Virus record (IMG/VR): IMGVR_UViG_3300045988_097833
Source of the DNA: a virus
DNA length: 36,291 bases
Strand: one strand, 5' to 3'
Every line of letters begins with the position of its first letter. The first letter of the stretch is position 1. Of the stretch, positions 15,983 to 23,544 are shown piece after piece. Position numbers and translations under genes: made by a program. Below the pieces are notes generated by a model, which did no database searches, had not been told where the DNA came from, and saw only the letters and a list, made by a program, of their open reading frames with translations.

Positions 15983-18114
15983 TCGGCATCAGCCTCCGTT
16001 TCATCCCTGGCGCTGTCATACCATCCAGCACCCTTGTTGCTCTCGCTCAAATCATTCAGGTAAGCGCAGGCTGCGAAGACCGCGCAATCAAACACGTCAA
16101 TGCGCAGATTCGGCTCAATCTTCTGGTACTGCACCATGTCGTCGGCCTTCTCGACGCCGGCTACGTTCTGCACGCAGTATTCCATCGGTTCCGCGTGCAT
16201 GTAATAGAGCGTTCCCTGCTTCGCAGATTTCTCAAGATATCGGAACCCCTCGGATTTCAGGATAAAGGTCTGCATCTGCGCCTTGACCGGGAAATGCTCC
16301 TTTTTCATCTCGACAAAGTACTCACGGCAGAACTTCGGGTCGTGCCCGATCCGGCGCATCTTGAAGCCCTCGCCGCGGCGTTTTTTGAACCATCGGACGA
16401 TGTCGCTGTAGTTCGTGACCTTGTCGTTGGTCATGTCAAGCCATCCGTCATCTTTCCAGCCGAACAGCGGGATCTGATCCTTGTTTGCCTTGATCTCCGC
16501 CGCCGGCCGCGGGAACCAGCAGTGCGGGATGATAATATCGACACCCTTGTAATGGCCAAACAGGCAGCAGGCCGTCAAGTCGTGCATCTTGGAGAGATCC
16601 GCGCCGCCGTACCATTTGATCGGCAGGCGTGCGAGCTGCGCCAGCGTCCAGTTGTACTTCGCGTCGGACTTGCGCCACTCGGTAATATCGAACCAGGCAC
16701 GCAGCGCAGCCGTAAAGATGTTAAGCGAGGTGTTTAAAAATTCAGGGCGCAGCTGCGGGTCGGCCTCGGCCTGTGCAGCGTCGTTGATCATATCCTGCGG
16801 CCGGATGCTGTAGCCCCAACCGGGACTTGCGGCCTCCAGTGCCTTCGGATCCAGAAGGTCGACGTCGCCGTTCTCATTGGTCGGGGCCTGCGCGATAAAG
16901 ATGAAGATCTCGTCGGCATACGGATCCTTGATAGTGCCGTTGAGGATCTTCTTGCAGAACTCCACGCGCTGCGCCAGAAAGCCTAGCGCGTTCGCGCCGC
17001 CGGAAGATATGATGATGACAAGCTTGTTGGTGTATGCCTTTGTCGCATCACGCAGCTTCTGGAACTGCTTCGGCGACTTATACACATGCGCCTCATCGCA
17101 GATGACGATGTTGGCATTGAAGGAGTCCTGCTTCTCGGGATTTGCCGCCAGGGCATTGACGGAGATGAATCCGTCACCGATATCGCCGACAATGGAGTGC
17201 TCCATGTTGTTGTCCGTGATACGCAGGCCGCGCTCTGCATCTTCCTTGACCGTCACACCGAGGCGATAGACGTTATATTTCAGGAAGTCGAATCCTTCGA
17301 GCGCCTGCTTGAGCGCACCGCCGACCTCATAGACCTTGGATCCGGACCGGCGTTCATACAAGGCCAACGCCCAAGCCAGCGAGGCGGCGAACGTGGTCTT
17401 GACGTTTTTTCGCGGGATAAAATCAAGCGCTTCTTTGAACCGCCGTTTGTTTGTCCCCTTGAGGTAAAACCCCATGATGTTGAAGCAGATGAACTTGTGG
17501 TAGGGCAGCAGGTAGAACGGCGTGCCGCGCAAAGGGCTCGCGTCCAGGAACTCACCCTGCTGGTGGCAGAGCGTCGTCTCGATGATGGCGATGATCTCGC
17601 AGGCCGGCTCCGGCCGGAAATCCCATCGGCAGGATGCCAGATCGTTGAGATAACGCCGGCATGCCAGGACGATCCATTCGCACGCGACGATCTCCCCGCT
17701 GAGCACTTTGTCGACGTAGGCGTCGACGTCGCGCTGGTTTTCTGCTGCGTGCTCGACAGCGTAGTTGTGCGCATCGTCAAGCAGCTGCTCGATCTTCGAC
17801 CGGTCCGTGCTCACGGTCTGCTTGCTGCGGGCCTTATTCAGGCCGGTCGGCGTCAGTCCCAGCTGGTTGCGCAGGCCCGTGACCGTCGCACGAAGATTCT
17901 CAACGACCGTCCAGTTCGGGTCCTTCGCTGTGTACTCGCCGCCAGTCTTGTTGGTCAGAGTTGCGACCATCAGGCCGCCCGCCTTTTTCCAAGCCTTCTC
18001 CGCGCGACTGAGCTCGCGCTCTGTCTTGGCCAGCTGCTTGATCGTCGGCTCAAAAATCTGGTTGTAAGTGCCGACGGCCTGCATGTCGGCGCGAATCATG
18101 TCCTCTCTGGCCAC
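15979..18114 (-). CDS. Terminase: P27-type small-subunit-like N-terminal domain fused in one ORF to a Terminase_1-type large subunit
   Basis: Uninterrupted 711-aa ORF. GTG start 6 nt after GAGGTGA. Residues 1-~105 end in NQLGLTPTGLNKARSK (small-terminase hallmark, recalled). The rest carries VLSGEIVACEWIVLACRRYLNDL...IPRKNVKTT...ICDEAHVY (ATPase) and a nuclease half. Confidence 0.85.
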   Translation of the reverse strand: MAREDMIRADMQAVGTYNQIFEPTIKQLAKTERELSRAEKAWKKAGGLMVATLTNKTGGEYTAKDPNWTVVENLRATVTGLRNQLGLTPTGLNKARSKQTVSTDRSKIEQLLDDAHNYAVEHAAENQRDVDAYVDKVLSGEIVACEWIVLACRRYLNDLASCRWDFRPEPACEIIAIIETTLCHQQGEFLDASPLRGTPFYLLPYHKFICFNIMGFYLKGTNKRRFKEALDFIPRKNVKTTFAASLAWALALYERRSGSKVYEVGGALKQALEGFDFLKYNVYRLGVTVKEDAERGLRITDNNMEHSIVGDIGDGFISVNALAANPEKQDSFNANIVICDEAHVYKSPKQFQKLRDATKAYTNKLVIIISSGGANALGFLAQRVEFCKKILNGTIKDPYADEIFIFIAQAPTNENGDVDLLDPKALEAASPGWGYSIRPQDMINDAAQAEADPQLRPEFLNTSLNIFTAALRAWFDITEWRKSDAKYNWTLAQLARLPIKWYGGADLSKMHDLTACCLFGHYKGVDIIIPHCWFPRPAAEIKANKDQIPLFGWKDDGWLDMTNDKVTNYSDIVRWFKKRRGEGFKMRRIGHDPKFCREYFVEMKKEHFPVKAQMQTFILKSEGFRYLEKSAKQGTLYYMHAEPMEYCVQNVAGVEKADDMVQYQKIEPNLRIDVFDCAVFAACAYLNDLSESNKGAGWYDSARDETEADAD

Positions 18115-18134
18115 TGTTGATCACCTCGGATTCC

Positions 18135-18250
18135 GTCATCCGGTTTCCCCAAGCGCGGCCGAAAAGCCGCGCCCAGGCTGGTAGAGGATTCACCATGCGT
18201 TCCAGGCGGAGGTGGAGAGAATAACCCCGCGCCTGGGGAAACCGGATGAC
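18135..18250. repeat. Long-range inverted repeat (24 nt arms, 23/24 complementary) enclosing an alternative 7-bp hairpin; candidate cos / packaging-site structure
   Basis: gtcatccggtttccccaagcgcgg (18135..18158) pairs with ccgcgcctggggaaaccggatgac (18227..18250). GCGCGGC (18153..18159) can instead pair with GCCGCGC (18166..18172). A further GC palindrome lies at 18259..18283. Confidence 0.8.
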
Positions 18251-18310
18251 CCGGGACACGCGCGCCCGCGTCGTTTGCGCGCGCATCCTGCTCGCGTATT
18301 TTCTTGTCGC

Positions 18311-18667
18311 TTACCCCCTCCCGTTATTTTCCGTCCGTCGGAAAGAGTCCCCCAGCCCGGTGACCGAGGCCCCTTCCGTTTTCGTTTTTCGAGGGGGGGC
18401 TATTCGTCTTTGCCAGGCCAGCCCGGCCGGCGTCAGCTTTCCGGTCGACCGATCGTGAAAGCTGTTGTGCGCCTGCTGGCTGACCGAGATCAGATTCCAC
18501 TCGGCCCATTGCAGCTCCGGATAATCCTCGACCGGGTAGACATGGTGCACCGTCGTTGCCTCGACGCGCCGGCCGTACCGCATCGCCTCACGGCACAGGC
18601 CTTTGTCCCGGCGAAGGACGCGCGCCCGAAGCGCCAGCCATCGCTTGCTCTTGTAATCCATCGGCAA
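18311..18667 (-). CDS. HNH endonuclease (terminase-associated type)
   Basis: 118 aa with YKSKRWLALRARVLRRDKGLC...VHHV...N...H. It lies immediately upstream of the terminase, as in HK97-like cos phages. Start is TTG 18667 or ATG 18661, with no SD. Confidence 0.85.
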   Translation of the reverse strand: MPMDYKSKRWLALRARVLRRDKGLCREAMRYGRRVEATTVHHVYPVEDYPELQWAEWNLISVSQQAHNSFHDRSTGKLTPAGLAWQRRIAPPRKTKTEGASVTGLGDSFRRTENNGRG

Positions 18668-18705
18668 AAAAGAAAAGCGCCGTGACCCTGAACGGATCGC
18701 GGCGC
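18664..18705 (-). terminator. Intrinsic terminator (11-bp interrupted stem, GTTCA loop, TTTTCTTTTTTGC tail) abutting the HNH start
   Basis: Minus strand reads GCGCCGCGATCCGTTCAGGGTCACGGCGC followed by TTTTCTTTTTTGCCGATG. Confidence 0.7.
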
Positions 18706-18732
18706 ATCTGCCAGCCGGCTATCACCTCGACT

Positions 18733-18785
18733 GCATAACAAAAGCGCCAAACGATCCGACCATCATGGTCAAATCATTTGGCGCT
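18733..18785 (-). terminator. Intrinsic terminator-like compound hairpin overlapping the KTR gene stop
   Basis: AGCGCCAAA...TTTGGCGCT outer stem of 9 bp with an inner palindrome GACCAT-G-ATGGTC, followed by TTTGTTATGC. Confidence 0.5.
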
Positions 18786-18986
18786 GGCACTAGCACGTTG
18801 GCTTTGGCTCTGGCTCGTATTCACGTTTACGACTGTCGCTTTCCTGCAATGCTTGCAGTAAAGCGGGAAGTCGATCAGCCTGGATGTCGGCAGCACTCGC
18901 TGCTGCGTTGGCCTGCCGCACAGTGGGCAGATCAGTTTATCATCCGCTGACACCAACAGTATATCACGCGCAATTCTGTTTTGCAA
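18774..18986 (-). CDS. Cysteine-rich KTR-type small protein
   Basis: 70 aa with LICPLCGRPT...FPLYCKHCRKATVVNV, matching the CxxC...FPLYCxxC pattern of the Cys_rich_KTR family (recalled). Confidence 0.65.
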   Translation of the reverse strand: MQNRIARDILLVSADDKLICPLCGRPTQQRVLPTSRLIDFPLYCKHCRKATVVNVNTSQSQSQRASASAK

Positions 18987-18991
18987 GACTT

Positions 18992-19915
18992 TTATCCACC
19001 CTTCCCGTTATTTATTGATTGTTTCGAGCCGAAAATGTTTATCCCGGTTTGATTTTTGACCCAGCCGAACGTATATCCAAAGTCCCCATATCGGTTATCC
19101 TTACGCTCAGCTGACAACTGCACAACATTGTCCGGCGGCTCATAATGCTCTCCTGGTTCCAGTGTTCGTTCTAATATGACGGGCTGCTGCAGCCCCTTCG
19201 ATGGTGTGTACATGCGAGCCTGCCATCTGGCCCTGCCAGTCTTGCGCGGCTCCTTTGTCATGTACATTGCAACCTTATGATAGCAGTCGATCTCATAATG
19301 TCCCGGCCCTTTGTCTGGACCGAACATCTCAATATACTCGGACAGCAGCAGAGCCGGGCTGCCGCGGATTGGCCGCAAGCCGAACTGGCGGATCGTCTCG
19401 ATATCCATACTACCGTATCGCCACAGCTCGCGGATCAGTTCCGCATTGCCGCCGTCAGCAGGCAGGATCATGTGATGATGGATACGTTTGTCGCCGTGCT
19501 CGCCCTCTATGACATACACATAATCATAGGGCAAACCGCGCGTTTTACGTGCTGGCCGGTATCGCGCGAAGAACGCGCGCAGTCGGCGAGCGGCGATATC
19601 ATAGTTCGGCGGCAGGAAGTCGTCCGCGTATGTCGTGGTGACGAACAGATCGTCCAGCGTAAAGTTTGCCTCGATCAGATGCTCCAGCTTCTGCACGGAT
19701 GACTTATCATTTAGATACTGCTGATACGGTGCAGTCTCATCCGAGCGCCCAGACCTTCGTCCGGCCTGTGGACGGATTGCAGCGCTGTCGATAGCGCGAT
19801 AGCACGGGCCAGCATAGATTTCTTTGATTGTGCGTGAGAATGGGATAGGATCACCTCCTGGTTCTTTTGGCGGGCTCCTGGTTCTTTTGGCGGGCTCGCC
19901 GTGTGAGGGATGCAC
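18992..19915 (-). CDS. HUH-superfamily rolling-circle replication initiator (Rep); 5' end uncertain
   Basis: Three motifs in the canonical order: FVTTTY (motif 1), RIHHHMIL (HUH) and VAMYMTKE (catalytic Tyr). The strong SD AGGAGGTGA (19859..19851) is followed in frame only by ATC (19846). The only canonical in-frame start upstream is GTG 19915, which lies inside a hairpin stem. Confidence 0.75.
   Translation of the reverse strand: MHPSHGEPAKRTRSPPKEPGGDPIPFSRTIKEIYAGPCYRAIDSAAIRPQAGRRSGRSDETAPYQQYLNDKSSVQKLEHLIEANFTLDDLFVTTTYADDFLPPNYDIAARRLRAFFARYRPARKTRGLPYDYVYVIEGEHGDKRIHHHMILPADGGNAELIRELWRYGSMDIETIRQFGLRPIRGSPALLLSEYIEMFGPDKGPGHYEIDCYHKVAMYMTKEPRKTGRARWQARMYTPSKGLQQPVILERTLEPGEHYEPPDNVVQLSAERKDNRYGDFGYTFGWVKNQTGINIFGSKQSINNGKGG
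19855..19894. repeat. Two perfect tandem 20-nt direct repeats (ctcctggttcttttggcggg) upstream of Rep
   Basis: Read directly: 19855..19874 equals 19875..19894. A 20-nt unit is not a codon multiple, so the constraint is at the nucleic-acid level. Confidence 0.9.
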
Positions 19916-19922
19916 GGCGAGC
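19894..19922. other. Perfect 10-bp-stem hairpin (GCTCGCCGTG / CACGGCGAGC, 9-nt loop); candidate Rep nick-site or origin hairpin
   Basis: Read directly. Flanked by the palindrome TGACCGGTCA (19931..19940) and an 8-bp-stem hairpin (19948..19977). Confidence 0.6.
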
Positions 19923-20019
19923 CCATATCATGACCGGTCAGATCCCCGCGGCAGCAGCCATGGCATGCAGCTGCCGCCATAGTCCATGTAAACTAATTGA
20001 CCGGATGATACTGGATCCA

Positions 20020-20367
20020 TCAGTGCCTGCGCTTACGCGGCCGCGCCGGCTTGTCGTAGTGCGTCGGCAGAATGAACTCGTTTCGAAGGTCGAACGGGAC
20101 AAAGGCGTCGCCGCAGGCGATCCGGAGTACAGAGTCGATCCGCTCCTTGTGGAAGTCCGCCTCGTCGCTGCCGTTCCATGCGGCCCGATGCGCATTATCA
20201 AGTTCTGCGACCTTGGCCGCAAGCCGCCGCATTCGCTCGGGGCCGAAGCCGAACTCGAGCGCCAGCGCACACAGAATCAGATCCGCACCCTTCTGTACAC
20301 CGGCGTCAAACGCATTTGCCATGCCGTTGCGCCTGACCTCATCCATGCGCGTCATGAAATCAGCCAC
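20020..20367 (-). CDS. Hypothetical protein
   Basis: GTG 20367 lies 8 nt after GGAGG. The ORF reads MADFMTRMDEVRRNGMANAFDAGVQKGADL... with unbiased composition. Confidence 0.6.
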   Translation of the reverse strand: MADFMTRMDEVRRNGMANAFDAGVQKGADLILCALALEFGFGPERMRRLAAKVAELDNAHRAAWNGSDEADFHKERIDSVLRIACGDAFVPFDLRNEFILPTHYDKPARPRKRRH

Positions 20368-20515
20368 CGTCCACACCTCCGGGTTGCATCTCTCCCAACA
20401 TCGTGTCCCCTACGACGCAGATCTTTTTGCACGCGCCGCAAATGCTTTTGACAACAAGCACACCAATGACGATCCACTCGATCAGTGCAGCCAGTGTCAG
20501 AATCTCAATAATCAT
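20360..20515 (-). CDS. Small membrane protein (51 aa) not in the ORF track
   Basis: Hand translation gives MIIEILTLAALIEWIVIGVLVVKSICGACKKICVVGDTMLGEMQPGGVDGG. ATG follows AGGAGGAG, and the ORF overlaps the next gene by 8 nt. Confidence 0.5.
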   Translation of the reverse strand: MIIEILTLAALIEWIVIGVLVVKSICGACKKICVVGDTMLGEMQPGGVDGG

Positions 20516-20527
20516 GCTGCTCCTCCT

Positions 20528-20650
20528 TTATCGTCCCGGCAGCGCCAGCCTCGGCGGCCAGAGCTGCCGGCCATATCGCATCCACAGTTCTGCGGCCTCA
20601 TTGCGCTGGATGCCGAGCGCCATGAGCCGCTTGATGTACCGACGCCTCAT
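20528..20650 (-). CDS. Small basic protein (40 aa)
   Basis: ATG 20650 follows CAGGAGGAAAGG and forms an ATGA overlap with the upstream stop. Sequence MRRRYIKRLMALGIQRNEAAELWMRYGRQLW... Confidence 0.45.
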   Translation of the reverse strand: MRRRYIKRLMALGIQRNEAAELWMRYGRQLWPPRLALPGR

Positions 20651-20955
20651 TTCTTTCCTTTCCTCCTGTAATAGCTTCGGAGTGCGGACTCCCGGGATCT
20701 CTCCCGGTGCATTCTTGCCCAGCGGCCGGAAGTCGACATCTGCGGCCAGGCTTCCTCTGGCGTGATTTCCACGCATTCGTCCGGCCGGATGATCACGCGC
20801 TTACCGGCACGCCAGAGGACATAAAAGTATCTGTTGCTGTACGAGTCATTCAGCCTGTCCGCCACAACGGTCTCACCGACAGCGGGAGCCAGATGCGGGT
20901 AGATGGGAATGTGCCGCTTGATGCGGATCACGACGCGCTTGTCAGTGTCACTCAT
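20647..20955 (-). CDS. Hypothetical protein
   Basis: ORF MSDTDKRVVIRIKRHIPIYPHL... The ATG overlaps the upstream stop region. Confidence 0.55.
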   Translation of the reverse strand: MSDTDKRVVIRIKRHIPIYPHLAPAVGETVVADRLNDSYSNRYFYVLWRAGKRVIIRPDECVEITPEEAWPQMSTSGRWARMHRERSRESALRSYYRRKGKK

Positions 20956-21193
20956 CGTACTCAATCACTCCGTCGCGGACACTTTTGACGTGCCGGTAGC
21001 GAATTTCCGTGCCGGAATCCACATGCGCCACCAAGCATGACATTCGAGCAAAGGCCTGCGCACACTCTTGCATCGATATGGCCATTCGCAGCATATGATA
21101 CGTAAGCCCTCTGGATTCTGCGGCTGCCGCCGCCTGATTGCGTGACAAATGTAGCCGTCCCATACATAGCTTGATAAACCGTTTACGTGTCAT
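20948..21193 (-). CDS. Hypothetical protein
   Basis: 81-aa ORF with SD AAAGGAG and an ATGA overlap with the upstream reading frame. Confidence 0.55.
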   Translation of the reverse strand: MTRKRFIKLCMGRLHLSRNQAAAAAESRGLTYHMLRMAISMQECAQAFARMSCLVAHVDSGTEIRYRHVKSVRDGVIEYDE

Positions 21194-21489
21194 CCATCTA
21201 CTCCTTTCTTTTCGCCCCGGCTACAGTAGTCGGTCGGACTCACGTTGAGGATATCATGCAGGCTGCACCAGATCCCGACCTACTCTCCGGTATGGGCGTT
21301 AATACTTGGCCTCACGTATTCGCAGGTTGCGCAGCGCACCACCGGCATAACATCGGCAGCAGGCAAACGCCCAATCGCCTCCACCGCTTCTTCGTATGCT
21401 GGACGGATGCTTGCGTCTAGCGGGTGCCTGCAAATGCATGCAAAGATTGCTGTCAGCGCCGCGCTACGGCTGATAAGCTCCTCACTCAT
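21190..21489 (-). pseudogene. Small Cys-rich phage protein interrupted by an in-frame TAG (21282..21280); nonsense allele or read-through
   Basis: Upstream part: MSEELISRSAAL...PVVRCATCEYVRPSINAHTGE, then TAG. The same frame stays open for 29 more codons (VGIWCSLHDILNVSPTDYCSRGEKKGVDG) and ends in an ATGA overlap with the next gene. Confidence 0.5.
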
Positions 21490-21734
21490 GGATCATCCCT
21501 CTTTTCCGGTTCTTCCGGCAGCGTACCCGGAACCGACATCGCATAGAGAAACCGGATCCGTCGCTTGAGCTGTCCTTTTTCGGCGATCAACTCTCTGATT
21601 GTTAGTCCCGCTGCGCGAATGATCGCGCAGCCATGAGCGCCGCAGTTATGCTCGCGGCCACAGCCCAGACAGGCAAGGCTGCCGGTCTCGACTGCGAGTG
21701 CGTCCAGCGCACGCAAAACCTCATTCGTCGTCAT
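21486..21734 (-). CDS. Small Cys-rich protein (LACLGCGREHNCGAHGC)
   Basis: ATG 21734 lies 7 nt after GGAGGT and forms an ATGA overlap with the upstream stop. The longer track start looks spurious. Confidence 0.55.
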   Translation of the reverse strand: MTTNEVLRALDALAVETGSLACLGCGREHNCGAHGCAIIRAAGLTIRELIAEKGQLKRRIRFLYAMSVPGTLPEEPEKRDDP

Positions 21735-22048
21735 GTAGTAACCTCCAGTTCCAACAGTTTTCGCTGCACGAACGGCATAAGCAGGATAATGCTTGCGCTC
21801 ATGTGGAACATCGTCGGCGCACTCTCGCACCGATCCAGCATATGTGCAAACAATTCCGGGTAATGCCACCTCTGCAGCTCATCGCCAAGGGATCCTCTCG
21901 CCGCGAAGATATCTGTGCCCTCCGCATAGTCGGCGATCTCGTTGATAATTTCCCGCCCGCGGGCAATCGGGATATAATCTGGTTCGGAGATTTCTGTTTC
22001 CAGCAGCTCGACCATAAGATCGACCATGTCATTTCGGTCCTTTATCAT
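21731..22048 (-). CDS. Hypothetical acidic protein
   Basis: ATG 22048 forms an ATGA overlap with the ParB stop. Sequence MIKDRNDMVDLMVELLETEISEPDY... Confidence 0.55.
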   Translation of the reverse strand: MIKDRNDMVDLMVELLETEISEPDYIPIARGREIINEIADYAEGTDIFAARGSLGDELQRWHYPELFAHMLDRCESAPTMFHMSASIILLMPFVQRKLLELEVTT

Positions 22049-23544
22049 GCGTCGTCCTCCCCCGGCAGCCGCACCCATGCTGTGCAGACTGCATCAATTT
22101 TCGTGGTGCCACGCGGGAAGCACCATGTATCAGAAGCAGCGTTATAGGTAGCATCATTGCGGAGTGTCACGCCAGCGCAGTCGAATTTGCAGAAGTAATA
22201 GCCGGATGCAGGCGGTGTCCCGGTGCTCCACTTCGGCGGCTGATTAGATTCCAACGTTTCCGACAGCGGGACGATTGGCCACGGCTGATCGATAGTGCCG
22301 CAGATATAATCCGCGGAGCACTGCAGCTGCTTGGATACCTTGGACACGTCGACAAAGCGGGGTTCCAGATCGTTGCGGTAAAAACCGCGATGGTCAAGAT
22401 CTCTCCCTGCCGCCCAGCTGCGCAGTTCCTTGACCGACACCGAAGAATAGGATGAGATATCGATTTTCGTTTTGTCCGACAGCCCGGCGGCATCGGCGGC
22501 AGCAAGCCAGCGCTTCGCCTCCGCAATAAACGCCTGTTTGACCTTATCCGCGGCCTTTTTGGCTGCTGCTTCTTCCTTGTCTTTTCTCTGCTGGTTAGCG
22601 GCAGTGCGGGCCGCTTTCGCACGGCTGCACATACTGTCGCAGGCGTTGTATCCGCCAGCCGTTCGACCATTGCGGCAGGTCCAGCAGCATTTTGAGCCTT
22701 GGCACATATCGTAGTAATTGCCCAAATCATGCCGCAAGAATGCGTCTCCGCGAGCGGTCGGACAGGTAAGACCATCACCAGCCGGGCACATACCGGAACA
22801 AGCCTGCCACTTTGCGCCCATTTTGGCGCACTCTCCAAGCTTTGGTATGACTACGGATGCCGGAAGGTCGTCCTTGCTCATGCGCGGGAACAGGCCCGCA
22901 AGCCGATTCTGCAGCCCGGCGTCAAGCCGGCTCAGCTCCAGAGCCTGCGCATCGTTGAGCGTCCCCTTGCGCCACATGCCGAGCAGTGGCTCGCGGAGGT
23001 TGGTCTCGATAGCGTGCAGGTTTGCCAGTTTTGTCCGGCTGATCTTGCAGGCCTGCGCGACGTGATCGCGCATCCGGCCGGGAAAGTCAACGCCCTGCTC
23101 CTTGAGCTGATATAAAAGCTCCTCCACGCGGGCGGCCTGCTGGGCCAGCTCCGGCGAGGACAGGACGCGCGACGTGGCGTTCGCCCAGATCAGCTCCAGC
23201 TCCTCCATTTCCGCGCTCTGCGGACTGCGGATGAAACAGGGCACCATGCGCAGCTCCGTGTGCCCCTCCTTGACCAGCTGCCGCACGGCTTCGCAGCGGC
23301 GGTGTCCGGAAATAATGCGGTATTTATCGCCGTCTGCCTTGCAGACGCTCGGCGGGTCGAGAATACCGGATATCTCAATGCTGCTCTTGAGGTCGTCCAG
23401 GTCCTTTTTGCTGACCTTGTAAAAGTTCTTCTCGTTGGCCTGCAGCTTGTCGATGTCAATCATCGTGACCGTGCGGTCGGTGTCCGATTTGGACACGGCT
23501 GCGGCGTCCCCGAACAGCGAGGTGATATCAAATCCCTTAGCCAT
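22045..23544 (-). CDS. parB: ParB/Srx-domain protein with HTH, a Cys-rich middle region and a DUF551-like C-terminus
   Basis: 499 aa. N-terminal MIDIDKLQANEKNFY...YRIISGHRRCEAV (ParB box with GHRR). C-terminal W..G.P..G.Y...W...W..LP pattern (recalled as DUF551-like). Confidence 0.75.
   Translation of the reverse strand: MAKGFDITSLFGDAAAVSKSDTDRTVTMIDIDKLQANEKNFYKVSKKDLDDLKSSIEISGILDPPSVCKADGDKYRIISGHRRCEAVRQLVKEGHTELRMVPCFIRSPQSAEMEELELIWANATSRVLSSPELAQQAARVEELLYQLKEQGVDFPGRMRDHVAQACKISRTKLANLHAIETNLREPLLGMWRKGTLNDAQALELSRLDAGLQNRLAGLFPRMSKDDLPASVVIPKLGECAKMGAKWQACSGMCPAGDGLTCPTARGDAFLRHDLGNYYDMCQGSKCCWTCRNGRTAGGYNACDSMCSRAKAARTAANQQRKDKEEAAAKKAADKVKQAFIAEAKRWLAAADAAGLSDKTKIDISSYSSVSVKELRSWAAGRDLDHRGFYRNDLEPRFVDVSKVSKQLQCSADYICGTIDQPWPIVPLSETLESNQPPKWSTGTPPASGYYFCKFDCAGVTLRNDATYNAASDTWCFPRGTTKIDAVCTAWVRLPGEDDA

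Noticed and set aside
21280-21282. Genome-wide TAG reassignment (a stop-codon-recoded phage) as the explanation for the in-frame TAG
   Set aside because: TAG appears to act as a genuine stop elsewhere. Examples are the initiator gene at 25721..25723 just inside the dnaB start, 133..135 in front of the next SD, and 33300..33302. I saw no other gene requiring TAG read-through.
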